A model generated the notes under the pieces. The model worked only from the letters and a program-made list of their open reading frames with translations, did not search any database and was not told where the DNA came from. Of a stretch of DNA of 64,000 nt, positions 40,349-49,933 are shown one piece after another (within the stretch, counting starts at the first letter, position 1; the number at the start of each line of letters is the position of its first letter). Origin of the DNA: Candidatus Obscuribacterales bacterium (GTDB taxonomy: Bacteria; Cyanobacteriota; Vampirovibrionia; Obscuribacterales; Obscuribacteraceae); assembly GCA_965228855.1 (NCBI GenBank), contig CBDDIJ010000002.1, forward strand, positions 64,001 through 128,000, written 5' to 3'. Position numbers and translations under genes: made by a program.

Positions 40349-41677
40349 TTACTTGCCGGAGACCATCATCTTGGCGATCTTCAGCGTCGGCGAAGCCACG
40401 CTGGAGCGGAACTCGAGGTCGTTGCCGATCATCTCGATCGACTTGAACATCTCGAGCACGTTGCCCGCCACCGTGATCTTCTCGACCGGGTAGGCGAGTT
40501 CACCGTTCTCGATCCAGATACCGGATGCGCCCATCGAGTAGTCACCGGTGACGGCGTTGAAGCCGGGTCCCGAGACGCTCGTCAGGTACAGACCGTTCTT
40601 CACGGAAGCGATGATCTCCTTCGGCGAGCTCTTGCCGGGCTGGATGAACAGGTTGCAGACCGAGCCGCTGTTCGGAGTCATCCCCAGCTTGCGGCCGGAG
40701 TAGGAGTCGATCAGGTAGCCCTGGAGCTTGCCGTCCTGGACGATGACGCGCCGCGTGTTGGGCAGGCCTTCGTCGTCGAACGGACGCGAGCCGAGCGCGC
40801 CCTTGATCGTACCGTCATCGACGATGACGATGTCCTTGGCGGCGACGACCTCACCGACCTTGCCGGCCAGGAACGAGCTCTTGCGATACACGTGCGAGCC
40901 GTGTGCCGCGCCGATGAGCTGACCGAGCAGACGTGCGGACATGCCCTGGTCGAAGACGACCGGGACTTCCTGCGTCTTCACCTTGGTGGCGCCGAGATGG
41001 CGCAGCGCGCGGCGAGCGGCTTCGGCACCGATCGACTCGGGCGTCTCGAGACCCGCGAAGGTTCGGCTCGAATGCGACCAGCCACCGACCTGCATCGGGC
41101 CGCCGTTCTCCGACGCCAGAACCGAGGCGTGGAGCGAGAAGCGCGAGCTGGCATAGCTGCCGACGAAGCCGCGCGAGTTGGCGAAAACCACGTATCCGCG
41201 GTTGTCCGCGAAACCGGCGCCGTTGGAGTTGGTGATGCGCGGGTCGGCAGCGCGAGCAGCCGCTTCCGCCTTCATCGCCAGCTCGATCTTGGTGTTGACG
41301 TCCACCTTGCTGACCGACGTATCGAACAGGTCGAGCGCCGGCAGCGACTTGGCGAACAGATGCGCTTCGGGCAGACCGGCGAACTTGTCCGGTTCCGAAG
41401 CCTTGGCGATGGCGATCGTGTCCCTCACCATGCGCTTCAGCGAAGCGCGGGTGAAGTCCGAGGTGCTGGTGGTCGCGGAGTTGAAACCGACCAGCGCACG
41501 GAAGCGCATGCCGCGCCCCTGAGCACCGTTGAGTTCCTCCACTTCGCCCAGACGGACGCCGACGTCGACGGAATCGTATTCGGAGATCGTGACTTCGCAG
41601 TCGGTCGCACCGTACCGCTGAGCCTCCGAGACGACAAACGCGGCCAGGGATTCCAGGCGCTGTTGCGTTTTGTTCAT
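40349..41677 (-). CDS. pmbA: TldE/PmbA metalloprotease subunit
   Basis: FDDEG, G.N.VTGDYS.GASG.WIENGE and ITVAGN motifs; downstream of tldD. Confidence 0.93.
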   Translation of the reverse strand: MNKTQQRLESLAAFVVSEAQRYGATDCEVTISEYDSVDVGVRLGEVEELNGAQGRGMRFRALVGFNSATTSTSDFTRASLKRMVRDTIAIAKASEPDKFAGLPEAHLFAKSLPALDLFDTSVSKVDVNTKIELAMKAEAAARAADPRITNSNGAGFADNRGYVVFANSRGFVGSYASSRFSLHASVLASENGGPMQVGGWSHSSRTFAGLETPESIGAEAARRALRHLGATKVKTQEVPVVFDQGMSARLLGQLIGAAHGSHVYRKSSFLAGKVGEVVAAKDIVIVDDGTIKGALGSRPFDDEGLPNTRRVIVQDGKLQGYLIDSYSGRKLGMTPNSGSVCNLFIQPGKSSPKEIIASVKNGLYLTSVSGPGFNAVTGDYSMGASGIWIENGELAYPVEKITVAGNVLEMFKSIEMIGNDLEFRSSVASPTLKIAKMMVSGK

Positions 41678-41689
41678 AGCGATAACTCC

Positions 41690-43141
41690 TTAGTTTCCGG
41701 TACCACCGACGGTGACATCATCGATGCGGACGGTGGGCATGCCCACGCCGACGGGCACAGTCTGACCCGCCTTTCCGCAGCTTCCGATGCCCTCATCGAG
41801 GCACATGTCGTTGCCGACCATCGACACCTTCTGCATCGCCTCGGGGCCGTTGCCGATCAGCGTGGCACCCTTGAGAGCGCGCGTCAGCTTGCCGTCCTCG
41901 ATGAGGTAGGCGCCCGACGTGGAGAAGGTGAAGTTGCCGTTGGTGATGTCGACCTGGCCGCCAGGGAAGCTGGTGGCGTAGATGCCGTACTTGACCGAGC
42001 GGATGATCTCTTCCGGGGTCGACTGGCCGCCGGCGAGATAGGTGTTCCGCATGCGCGGCATCGGGACGTGCTGGTAGCTCTCGCGACGGCAGTTGCCGGT
42101 CGAGCGCTGACCCATCAGGCCCGCGTTCATGCGGTCCTGCATGTAGCCCTTCAGGATGCCGTTCTCGATGAGGACGGTCTGCTGCGTGGGCGTGCCTTCG
42201 TCGTCGACGTTGAGCGAACCGCGGCGACCCGGCAGAACGCCGTCGTCGACGATGGTGCAGAGAGGCGAAGCGACGCGCTCGCCCATCATCTTGCTGAACG
42301 CCGAAGTGCCCTTGCGGTTGAAGTCGCCTTCCAGACCGTGTCCGACCGCCTCGTGGATGAGGACGCCCGGCCAGCCCGGTCCGAGGATGACGGTCATTTC
42401 GCCCGACGGCGCATCGACTGCGCTGAGCATGTTGACCGCTTCGGTGGCAGCAGCGATGGCATGCTTGCGCCAGCGATCCGAGTCCGTGAAGAACTCGAAT
42501 TCGTAGCGACCGCCGCCGCCCGCCTTGCCCTTCTCCTTGCGACCGTTCTCCTCGGCGATGCACTCGACCGAGAGGTGAATGAGCGGACGCTTGTCGACGA
42601 TCACGTCGCCGAACGAGTTGGCGATCACGATCGTGTGGTCCTGGACGCTGACCGACGCGGTGACGTTGACGATGCGCGGGTCGTAGGCGCGAGCCGCCTC
42701 GTCGATCATCTTCAGCAGCGCGATCTTCTGGTTGAGGTCGGTGTCGGCCGGGCTGACGCCGAGGCTGTACAGGTTGTGCGGGACGCCGTCAGCGTGCGCC
42801 TCGAGCAGCGCCTGCGGCGCGACGTCGGACGTGTGGTCGGCGATGGCGCGAGCCGTCTTGGCTGCACGCTTCAGGTTGGTGACGTTGACGTGGTCTGTGT
42901 AGGAGTAGCCGGTCTTGTCGCCGAAGACGACACGAACGCCGGCACCCTTCACGATGCTCCACGACGGGCGCTTCACGTCGCCCTGGTCGATCATGAGCCC
43001 CTGCGTGCTACCTGCTTGCAGGTAGATGTCGCAGAAGCCGAACCGCTTGTGAATGGCGGAACCGATCACCTGGTCCAGCTGTGTCGAAGACACGCCGAAC
43101 AGTGAAGAAATCAACTTTTCCGTAGATGGAGAGAGGTTCAT
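41690..43141 (-). CDS. tldD: TldD metalloprotease
   Basis: GWPGVLIHEAVGHGLEGDFNRKG, DDEG, PMPRMRNTY, CGK.GQ.VPVGVG.P. Confidence 0.96.
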   Translation of the reverse strand: MNLSPSTEKLISSLFGVSSTQLDQVIGSAIHKRFGFCDIYLQAGSTQGLMIDQGDVKRPSWSIVKGAGVRVVFGDKTGYSYTDHVNVTNLKRAAKTARAIADHTSDVAPQALLEAHADGVPHNLYSLGVSPADTDLNQKIALLKMIDEAARAYDPRIVNVTASVSVQDHTIVIANSFGDVIVDKRPLIHLSVECIAEENGRKEKGKAGGGGRYEFEFFTDSDRWRKHAIAAATEAVNMLSAVDAPSGEMTVILGPGWPGVLIHEAVGHGLEGDFNRKGTSAFSKMMGERVASPLCTIVDDGVLPGRRGSLNVDDEGTPTQQTVLIENGILKGYMQDRMNAGLMGQRSTGNCRRESYQHVPMPRMRNTYLAGGQSTPEEIIRSVKYGIYATSFPGGQVDITNGNFTFSTSGAYLIEDGKLTRALKGATLIGNGPEAMQKVSMVGNDMCLDEGIGSCGKAGQTVPVGVGMPTVRIDDVTVGGTGN

Positions 43142-43619
43142 GGATGGTGCTCCATTCCTTAGTTTTGTTGGGTGAAGATCAGACCCCGCGTGAGCGGGAT
43201 CCAGTGAGCGACCAGCACTCGGGTGGACAAGCACTTAAGCCCTTGACGGTTTTTGTTGATGCTAGCCGTTTTTGCTTTTAGTGCCTTTTCATTACCCGAG
43301 GACAAACTTGTCAAGAGACACTCTGTTTCTAGCATCGCGAAAAAGACCATACAAGCCTAAGTTTACATGTAAACCCAGGTTACGGTCCGCGCCCGAAGTC
43401 GCCCGCGTGCGCGGAAACCACAACAGGCTGCATGAGATCTTATTTCGCGATGCAGAACAGATAAGAGTTCATTGACTGCAGTTAATATCACAAGCAATTA
43501 GCTTACCTGCGCTAGCCTGAATCAAGAGACTGACGCGAGCTCAGCGAATCGTTCGAAGCTCAAGCCGACCAGTCGCAAACGCTTTGCGCACAATCGCTCC
43601 GGCGACCACACGGTCACCT

Positions 43620-44342
43620 TCAGAGCTGCATCTCGCGAGCTCTTTTCACCAGAGCCTTAAACAGACGCGCGCTCCCCTCGTAGTCGGCTTCGGGATGCCA
43701 CTGCACTCCGAGCGTGAAAGGACGCGTTTCATGTTCGACCGCTTCGATGATGCCATCGTCGGACCAGCCGGTCACGACCAGACCCCGACCGAGGCGATTG
43801 ATGCACTGGTGATGCGAACTGATCGGCCGCTCAACAGCTGCCGAACGGTAGATGCGCCGAAGCTGCGACCCCGCGCTCAGCCGCACCGGATGGCGGGCGA
43901 CGTCCTCGCGATTTCGATGCAGCACACCGTGACCGGGTTTGACCGTCTCGATGTCCTGCGTAAGCGAGCCGCCCAACTTGATGTTGAGCAGCTGGTGACC
44001 GCCGCAAATACCGACAATCGGTTTCGGTTCACCCATGCGATCGCGCGCCTGGAGCGCCAGACGCATGAGTCTGAGGTCGAACTCCTCGCGAATCGGGTGC
44101 AGGGGCTGCACACTCTCGTGCGGCTCCTCCCCGTAAAGCGCGGGCGAATAATCGTTGCCGCCAATGAATACGAAACCGCTCACGAGGTCGAGAATCTGCG
44201 GCAGATCTCTGGTGGGGAGCGGCGCAACCGGCAGCGGGATGCCGCCGGCTTTGCGGATGGCTTCGACATAAGTGCGACCAACGCGCACTTTGCCGGTGCC
44301 AGTGGTTTCAATCTCGCAATTGAGAGCAATGAAAGGTTTCAC
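43620..44342 (-). CDS. Peptidase C26 / gamma-glutamyl-gamma-aminobutyrate hydrolase-like glutamine amidotransferase
   Basis: GG.DY.P..YG, GICGGHQLLN, SSHHQ, GVQWHPE; GGAG RBS before a GTG start. Confidence 0.9.
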   Translation of the reverse strand: MKPFIALNCEIETTGTGKVRVGRTYVEAIRKAGGIPLPVAPLPTRDLPQILDLVSGFVFIGGNDYSPALYGEEPHESVQPLHPIREEFDLRLMRLALQARDRMGEPKPIVGICGGHQLLNIKLGGSLTQDIETVKPGHGVLHRNREDVARHPVRLSAGSQLRRIYRSAAVERPISSHHQCINRLGRGLVVTGWSDDGIIEAVEHETRPFTLGVQWHPEADYEGSARLFKALVKRAREMQL

Positions 44343-44637
44343 GGCGTGATCTCCGATTCTTAGTTTTCTTATGGAGATGAGATGCAAGCAGCGGTTAAAC
44401 TGCTTGCGGTGACCCGAACGAACACATTTCGGTTCAGCCGACCGCGCAACGGCGTCGCACGGTCGCGTTCTGCGTGAGTTAAACAGACGCGCCTGGACGC
44501 ATCTGATGAGGATGTCGCCGACGGCATGGACTTGACCCACTCTGCATACCGGCAGCGGAATGCCAAAAGTCAGCATTCCTCTGACGGTATGACTGAGGCA
44601 AGACATCGATACCGTGGCGAGAAGTCCGAGCGAATCG

Positions 44638-46458
44638 TCAGCCGCCGCTCGGCTCCGCCGGAACAGGAGCTGGGGTTTCGTCCTCTTCCGGCTCGTCAAC
44701 CAGAGGCGCACGCGCCGGAGTCTTGCCCTTGCGATCGCCGACGATCCAGTCCTTCAACGCCTCGCCCTTCGGAACACCCCATCCGGTCGGATGATCCCAG
44801 TGGTCACCGGCTTTGAAACCGGGCCCGCGGAAATCACCGTTGTCACCACTGGTGATGTCATGGAAGGTGGAGCCGTAGTCAGCCGAGTCGCCCAGGCGAT
44901 AGAGGGTTTCGACAGGCATGCCGATGCGTTCGCCGGCCGCTTCATCGATGAGCGCCCAGAGAGCAGCCCAGGCCGGAGCGGCGACCGAAGTGCCTCCCCA
45001 GCCTTCCCATTTGCCTTCGAAGTAGAAGGCATAGGCGGTTCCAGGAGCAGCATTGAGCGAAACGTCAGCCGTCGAGCGGAAATCGCCGGCGGGAACGCCA
45101 GCTCCTTTCTGCCACGAGGGACGCTTCCAGTACTCGGAGTTGCCGCCGCCAGAGCCGTACCACGCCCGTTCGGACGTGCGCTTGCCGGAGGACGAGTACA
45201 GGGTCGTGCCACCAACTGCGGTGACGTACGGGTCGGACGAAGGGTAGTCGACCGCCAGATTCACGACCGGCTTCTTCTTGCCGTCCTCGCCTTCTTCCTC
45301 TTCGTGCTTGCAGTCGTAGGCGCCGTCATCGCCGGACGCGGCGAAGATGGCGATGCCCTGCGAGGCCGCTTGCCGGAAGATGTTGTGCTCGGTTTTCATC
45401 TGCCGCTTGCCGGTGTGCTTTTCGCAAAGCCCCCAGCTGATCGACATGATGTCGGCTTTGTTGTCGGTGACGATTCGATTGAACACCAGCGTGAAGTTGG
45501 TGAACTTCGCATCGACGCCAAGGTACATGATCACGTCAGCACCAGGCGCCAAGCCGCTCACCGTCTGCAGGTCCAGCGTCGTCTCCTCGTTGAGCTTCGT
45601 CGCCGTCCCGCCGATGTACTCGTTGGTCAGCGTGCCCGTGCGCTGGATGTTGAACTGCTTCCAGTACGCGTCGATGTCCTTCTGGTCGTACGTATACGCG
45701 GTCGCCACGGCAATGGTTTTGCCTTTGCCGGTCAGCGCCGTGCCCTTCACATTCGGGTTGAGCGTGTTGGGATAATCGTAGACCTTCGAAATCTCCTGCG
45801 GCGAGAAACCGCGAGGCGCTGTCGCATTGGAGTGCGGCTCCTTTGCGCGCATGCGCGACTCGAATTCGGCATACGTGTCCAGCCCCATCACCGATTCGAT
45901 GATCGCCGAAAGGCGAGTCGGGATGACGGGATCACGGTCGTTGGACAGATAGGTTTTGATGCCGCCTTCGGGCAGCTTGACCGTGTACTTGTTGATCGTG
46001 ACGCCGAAAGCCGCTTCGAGCTGGCTTACCGTGCCCTCCGCCTCGACAAGCGTGCGGTTGGGCGAAACATTCGTCACCGACAAACCGCGCTCCTGCAAGA
46101 AGAGAACGACATTGTCGACGTCCTGCGGAAGTGGCGAGAAACGGCCGGCAAAATCGGCCGGGCTGAGATACTTGCGAAAGTTCGGCGACCCGGGGTCGGC
46201 GATCTCGGAGAGCAAGCGGTCGAGACCGGCTTCATCACGCAGCTTGAGCCCGACGACGATTTTCATCGTCTGGCTTTCGTCGGCGTGGTGTTCCAGCGTC
46301 GACTGCTGCACCACGGATGGTGTGTCGCCGGTGAGCTGGAATCGCCCATGAAGGTTCAGTGCCAGAAAGGCGTTGGGCGCAAAAACAGTCAGCAGGAAAA
46401 GACAGGTCAAACCAATCGCCGATGCGACGGCGAAGAGCTTGCGGTTATTGCCTGACAT
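44638..46458 (-). CDS. Secreted S53 (sedolisin/kumamolisin) peptidase with pro-domain
   Basis: ETTLD (ExxxD), SISWG, SGDDG, AVGGT, GGTSVAAP, WD..TGWG. Confidence 0.92.
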   Translation of the reverse strand: MSGNNRKLFAVASAIGLTCLFLLTVFAPNAFLALNLHGRFQLTGDTPSVVQQSTLEHHADESQTMKIVVGLKLRDEAGLDRLLSEIADPGSPNFRKYLSPADFAGRFSPLPQDVDNVVLFLQERGLSVTNVSPNRTLVEAEGTVSQLEAAFGVTINKYTVKLPEGGIKTYLSNDRDPVIPTRLSAIIESVMGLDTYAEFESRMRAKEPHSNATAPRGFSPQEISKVYDYPNTLNPNVKGTALTGKGKTIAVATAYTYDQKDIDAYWKQFNIQRTGTLTNEYIGGTATKLNEETTLDLQTVSGLAPGADVIMYLGVDAKFTNFTLVFNRIVTDNKADIMSISWGLCEKHTGKRQMKTEHNIFRQAASQGIAIFAASGDDGAYDCKHEEEEGEDGKKKPVVNLAVDYPSSDPYVTAVGGTTLYSSSGKRTSERAWYGSGGGNSEYWKRPSWQKGAGVPAGDFRSTADVSLNAAPGTAYAFYFEGKWEGWGGTSVAAPAWAALWALIDEAAGERIGMPVETLYRLGDSADYGSTFHDITSGDNGDFRGPGFKAGDHWDHPTGWGVPKGEALKDWIVGDRKGKTPARAPLVDEPEEDETPAPVPAEPSGG

Positions 46459-46666
46459 TTTGGAGCTCCTGATATGCGCGAACGCGCCAGACAATTTCCT
46501 GCCTGGCGCGCTGCGTCTTATTTGTTGAGGGTTCGACGAGCACTTCGCGTCACACACCGATTTAGCGCCTGAAACAGACGCGTGGATGTGGTGAAACTAG
46601 CGGCGCACGACGAACAAAGTCACATCCGCCGGAGAAGCGCTTGCAGCGCCTCTCCTGCGCGGAGCG

Positions 46667-47719
46667 TCAGTTGAAGTGCGACGGGCTGTCGACCAGAGGG
46701 TCGTCGTAGGCGGGCTCGTTTTTCACGGCGGGATCGTAGGTCTCGGTGATTTTCTCCGAAGCCTCGTGCTTCACCGTCGTCTTCGTGCCATCGGTCTGAA
46801 CGATCTCCTCGCGCTCGACCGTGCCGTCATAGCGGAAATAACGGGTCTTGGTCGGCTGGCCGTTGGTGATGTCCGTCGCCACCTTCAGGTTGCGGCTGCC
46901 ATAGCGCTCGAACTCGAGCTTGCGCGTCAGAGTGACGCCGTCGGCGCCGAACTCCTCGACCTTCTCGAGCGTGTAATAGCGGTAACTGCTGTACGCGTAG
47001 CGGTAACCGCTCCACGTCTGCGTGTACCGTGGCTTGCCATCGGCACCATGGACGGTGACAAGCATGCGATCGTAGAAAACCTCGCGGGTCTGATCGCGCG
47101 TGCCGTCGAGACGGAAGGTCTCGACTTTGCTGTCGCCGTTCTTCAGCTCGGTCGCGTTCGCCCAGACCGTGGTACCGTCGGCATGGAAGTAGGTCGAGAC
47201 CTTCTTCCCGTCGGGCGCTGTGTCGGTCACGCTGAGACGACGCTTGCCGTCATTGCGGTAACGAACCGTGTGGCTCGAACTGTCAGCCTTGAACTCCGTC
47301 ACTGCATCGACGCCGCCGTCGAGGCGGTAGGTGGTCTCATCGACTTTGGTGGTGCCATCCGGCGCCATCCGCGTAGTCGACTTGACCTTGCCGGTCGAGT
47401 ACGGGTGCATCTCCTGCACCTCCTTGACCGTGCCGTCCGTGCGGTACCACTGCACCTCCGTCCGGCCACCCTGGCGGTACTGAATCTCGAGCTTGTACAG
47501 CGTCACACCATCGGGCAGATAGGTGTAGATGCGCTGCAGCTCTTCCGACTCATCCGGCTTGGGAATGACCTTGACGATGTACTTGGGCTGCGCCGGCTGC
47601 GCTTTCACAGGAGGCGGAGGCGGAACCTCATCCTCCTGCTTGCAGCCGGTGAGCGAAAGAGCAAGCCCAGCAACGAGCGCCGAAACGGCGATGAATCGAC
47701 TCATGGAGAATCGGCTCAT
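46667..47719 (-). CDS. Lipoprotein with beta-hairpin (MORN/YwqK-like) repeats
   Basis: Lipobox LTGC; repeated (Y/F)R.DG.. units. Confidence 0.75.
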   Translation of the reverse strand: MSRFSMSRFIAVSALVAGLALSLTGCKQEDEVPPPPPVKAQPAQPKYIVKVIPKPDESEELQRIYTYLPDGVTLYKLEIQYRQGGRTEVQWYRTDGTVKEVQEMHPYSTGKVKSTTRMAPDGTTKVDETTYRLDGGVDAVTEFKADSSSHTVRYRNDGKRRLSVTDTAPDGKKVSTYFHADGTTVWANATELKNGDSKVETFRLDGTRDQTREVFYDRMLVTVHGADGKPRYTQTWSGYRYAYSSYRYYTLEKVEEFGADGVTLTRKLEFERYGSRNLKVATDITNGQPTKTRYFRYDGTVEREEIVQTDGTKTTVKHEASEKITETYDPAVKNEPAYDDPLVDSPSHFN

Positions 47720-47971
47720 TGTTGTTTACTCCGTTGTTTGGGAACGTGCGCTCCGCAGGGCGGAGCACAGTTCCGGGATAGAGACGAATCAGGGACACCG
47801 GCGGCGATACCACAGCCAGCAACGCTTTTCGGTTTAAAACCGATTGCGCCACCAGGAGCGATACCACCACCGGATCCCGATTTAGTCGCAGGAAACTGCT
47901 AACAGGTCTGATGACTCTCAGCGAGTCCGTTTTGAAACGGGCTGCCGAGCAATCGACCTATCGGCGCCAGC

Positions 47972-49018
47972 TCAATACTTCGGAGCCGGACAGGAACCGC
48001 CGTTCATGTATTCGAGCATCTTGACGCGCTCGGACACGGGCGGGTGGGTGAGCTGCAGGTACTTCCAGAACGCCTTCAGGCGGTCCCAGATGCCCCGCGG
48101 CTTCGGGTCGTCAGCGAGCGCGTCGAACAGCGGGTCGACCGTCATCATCGGACGCAGCGCCCGATACATCTCGGCGTCGCGGCCCTTCGGACGGTTTTTC
48201 TCGACATAAGCGACGAGCTTCTTGAGCGCGTTGGCGAGGTCGCAAGGCTTGCCCGTCATCATCGAACCGGACGCGTCGGCGCCCGACTCACGCGAGCGAA
48301 CGACGAACACCTGCACGAGCTTGGTGAGCTGCCCGGTGATCTGGAAGATCACGAACATGATCACCCACTCCAGGATGCCGGTGAAGAAGCCCTTGTTGTT
48401 CGGGTTCATGCCCAGGACCTTCTTGAACCAGCCCAGGGTGCCCAGCAACATGCGCACGCCGCTGTCGACGATCGAGAAGAAGATCATCGAGAGCACGGAC
48501 GTCATCGTGTTGAGCGCGACGTCGTAGTTCTTCACGTGACCGAGTTCGTGGGCGAACACGGCCTCGATTTCATCGTCGGTCATGCCGCAGAGGAACAGCC
48601 CCTTGGTGGCAGCGACGACAGCCTTGCGATGGATCGGTCCGGTCGCGAAGGCGTTGGGCAGCGGGTTGTCGGAGATGTAGACCGGCGGCTTGAACTTCAG
48701 ACCGCTCTTCGCGTAGACGCGATCGACGATCTCGATCAGCCGGCGATGCTCCGGATTGGACGGATCGGCGGGCACCGACTTCGTCATGGCGATCGCGACC
48801 TTGTCGCTGAACCACCACATGACGAGCGGCAGGAACCACCACAACATACCGAAACCGAGCTTGAACTCGTAGGTGAAACCAAAGCCCCAGAGGGCAAGCA
48901 GGACCAGACCACCCATCATGCTGTAGCCGAGGATAGTCTTGAACCAAGCGAACATCATGGCCCGCTTGATTGCCGGATACTTGGGGTCATCCGGCGGGAT
49001 AACTCTGTGTCGCGACAT
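47972..49018 (-). CDS. htpX: HtpX-family M48 zinc metalloprotease
   Basis: PNAFATG, AHELGHV, SRE..AD, THPP..ER. Confidence 0.9.
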   Translation of the reverse strand: MSRHRVIPPDDPKYPAIKRAMMFAWFKTILGYSMMGGLVLLALWGFGFTYEFKLGFGMLWWFLPLVMWWFSDKVAIAMTKSVPADPSNPEHRRLIEIVDRVYAKSGLKFKPPVYISDNPLPNAFATGPIHRKAVVAATKGLFLCGMTDDEIEAVFAHELGHVKNYDVALNTMTSVLSMIFFSIVDSGVRMLLGTLGWFKKVLGMNPNNKGFFTGILEWVIMFVIFQITGQLTKLVQVFVVRSRESGADASGSMMTGKPCDLANALKKLVAYVEKNRPKGRDAEMYRALRPMMTVDPLFDALADDPKPRGIWDRLKAFWKYLQLTHPPVSERVKMLEYMNGGSCPAPKY

Positions 49019-49622
49019 ATGTCACTCCATTTCTTGTTTAGGATTTCTTGGATGAAAGTGATTGGATTGCTCTGCCAGAACCGGCTCCCGAACAGTCGAC
49101 CGTAGCTGGGCTTCGAGTACGCGACCAACCTGCCGCACAAGGTGTGCGCGCACGTTGTGACGAGCGGAACGAAAAGCCTCTAGCGAACAGCCACCTGACG
49201 CGCGAACAAACGTTTAGCGTCGAACACAGAAGAGAACCAGCGATACCACAGACGGTGCCAGTCGCTCCATAACGGCAGCAAATGACAGACGCACAGGCGG
49301 CGCAAGTTGTGATTTCTCTACGTGTTGAAACTAAATGCTTGGTGGCGTTTCTGGATTCGGATATCTAAACAAAACAATCGGCTTGTAAACTACGAATTGT
49401 CAGGATATAGAGACAAGAGATAGAAGAAGCACCAAGGTGCAAATCAGTTCATAAACCAAAAGAAGCTATGGTTCAGATCTCGTTGCCAAGCGATTCTAAC
49501 ACCCGAAAACGGTTTCAAACAAACCCGAAGCAGACCCAATTCTTGACAGCCCTCCTTGTCAAGAACGACTCCCCACGCCATTCTTTAGCCTCTCGCACAG
49601 CTCGCGCGCACACAGAAAATGC

Positions 49623-49771
49623 CTACTATATGATTTCATATCTTTAAAATCCCGAAACACCGAACGGACAATCACTTCGGGTCCCTCCAGATCAACCATC
49701 CTGATCAAAAATGACTTTTGTCTACGACTCGTTGCCGGATTTCACGAAAAGCGGCAACGCCCCATAGACAA
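49623..49771 (+). repeat. CTACTATA/palindrome element
   Basis: ctactata at 49623; ttgtctacg...ttgccggatttcacgaaaagcggcaa...atagacaa. Confidence 0.85.
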
Positions 49772-49933
49772 GACTTCCGGCATTGCCTTAGAGCTATGCT
49801 GTCCGACAAACCTTCACGCTTCTTCGGCGGACAATCGAGTCTGCTTTACGGAGTCGACATGAATCCGATAGACTCGCTTAGTAAGCACGATAATTGAACA
49901 AAACCGCTGGCAGAGCGCCGATAGGTATAGGTC

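Noticed and set aside
40322..43105. Long antisense ORFs (927 aa here; also 6810-9173, 29645-31534, 44614-46455, 60171-61925, 959-2359)
   Set aside because: They are shadow frames of high-GC3 genes on the opposite strand and carry no motifs of their own.
13321..49771. Palindromes as integron attC sites or classic GTAG-REPs
   Set aside because: There are no RYYYAAC/GTTRRRY ends, no hairpin directly after GTAG, and no intI or RAYT gene in the window.
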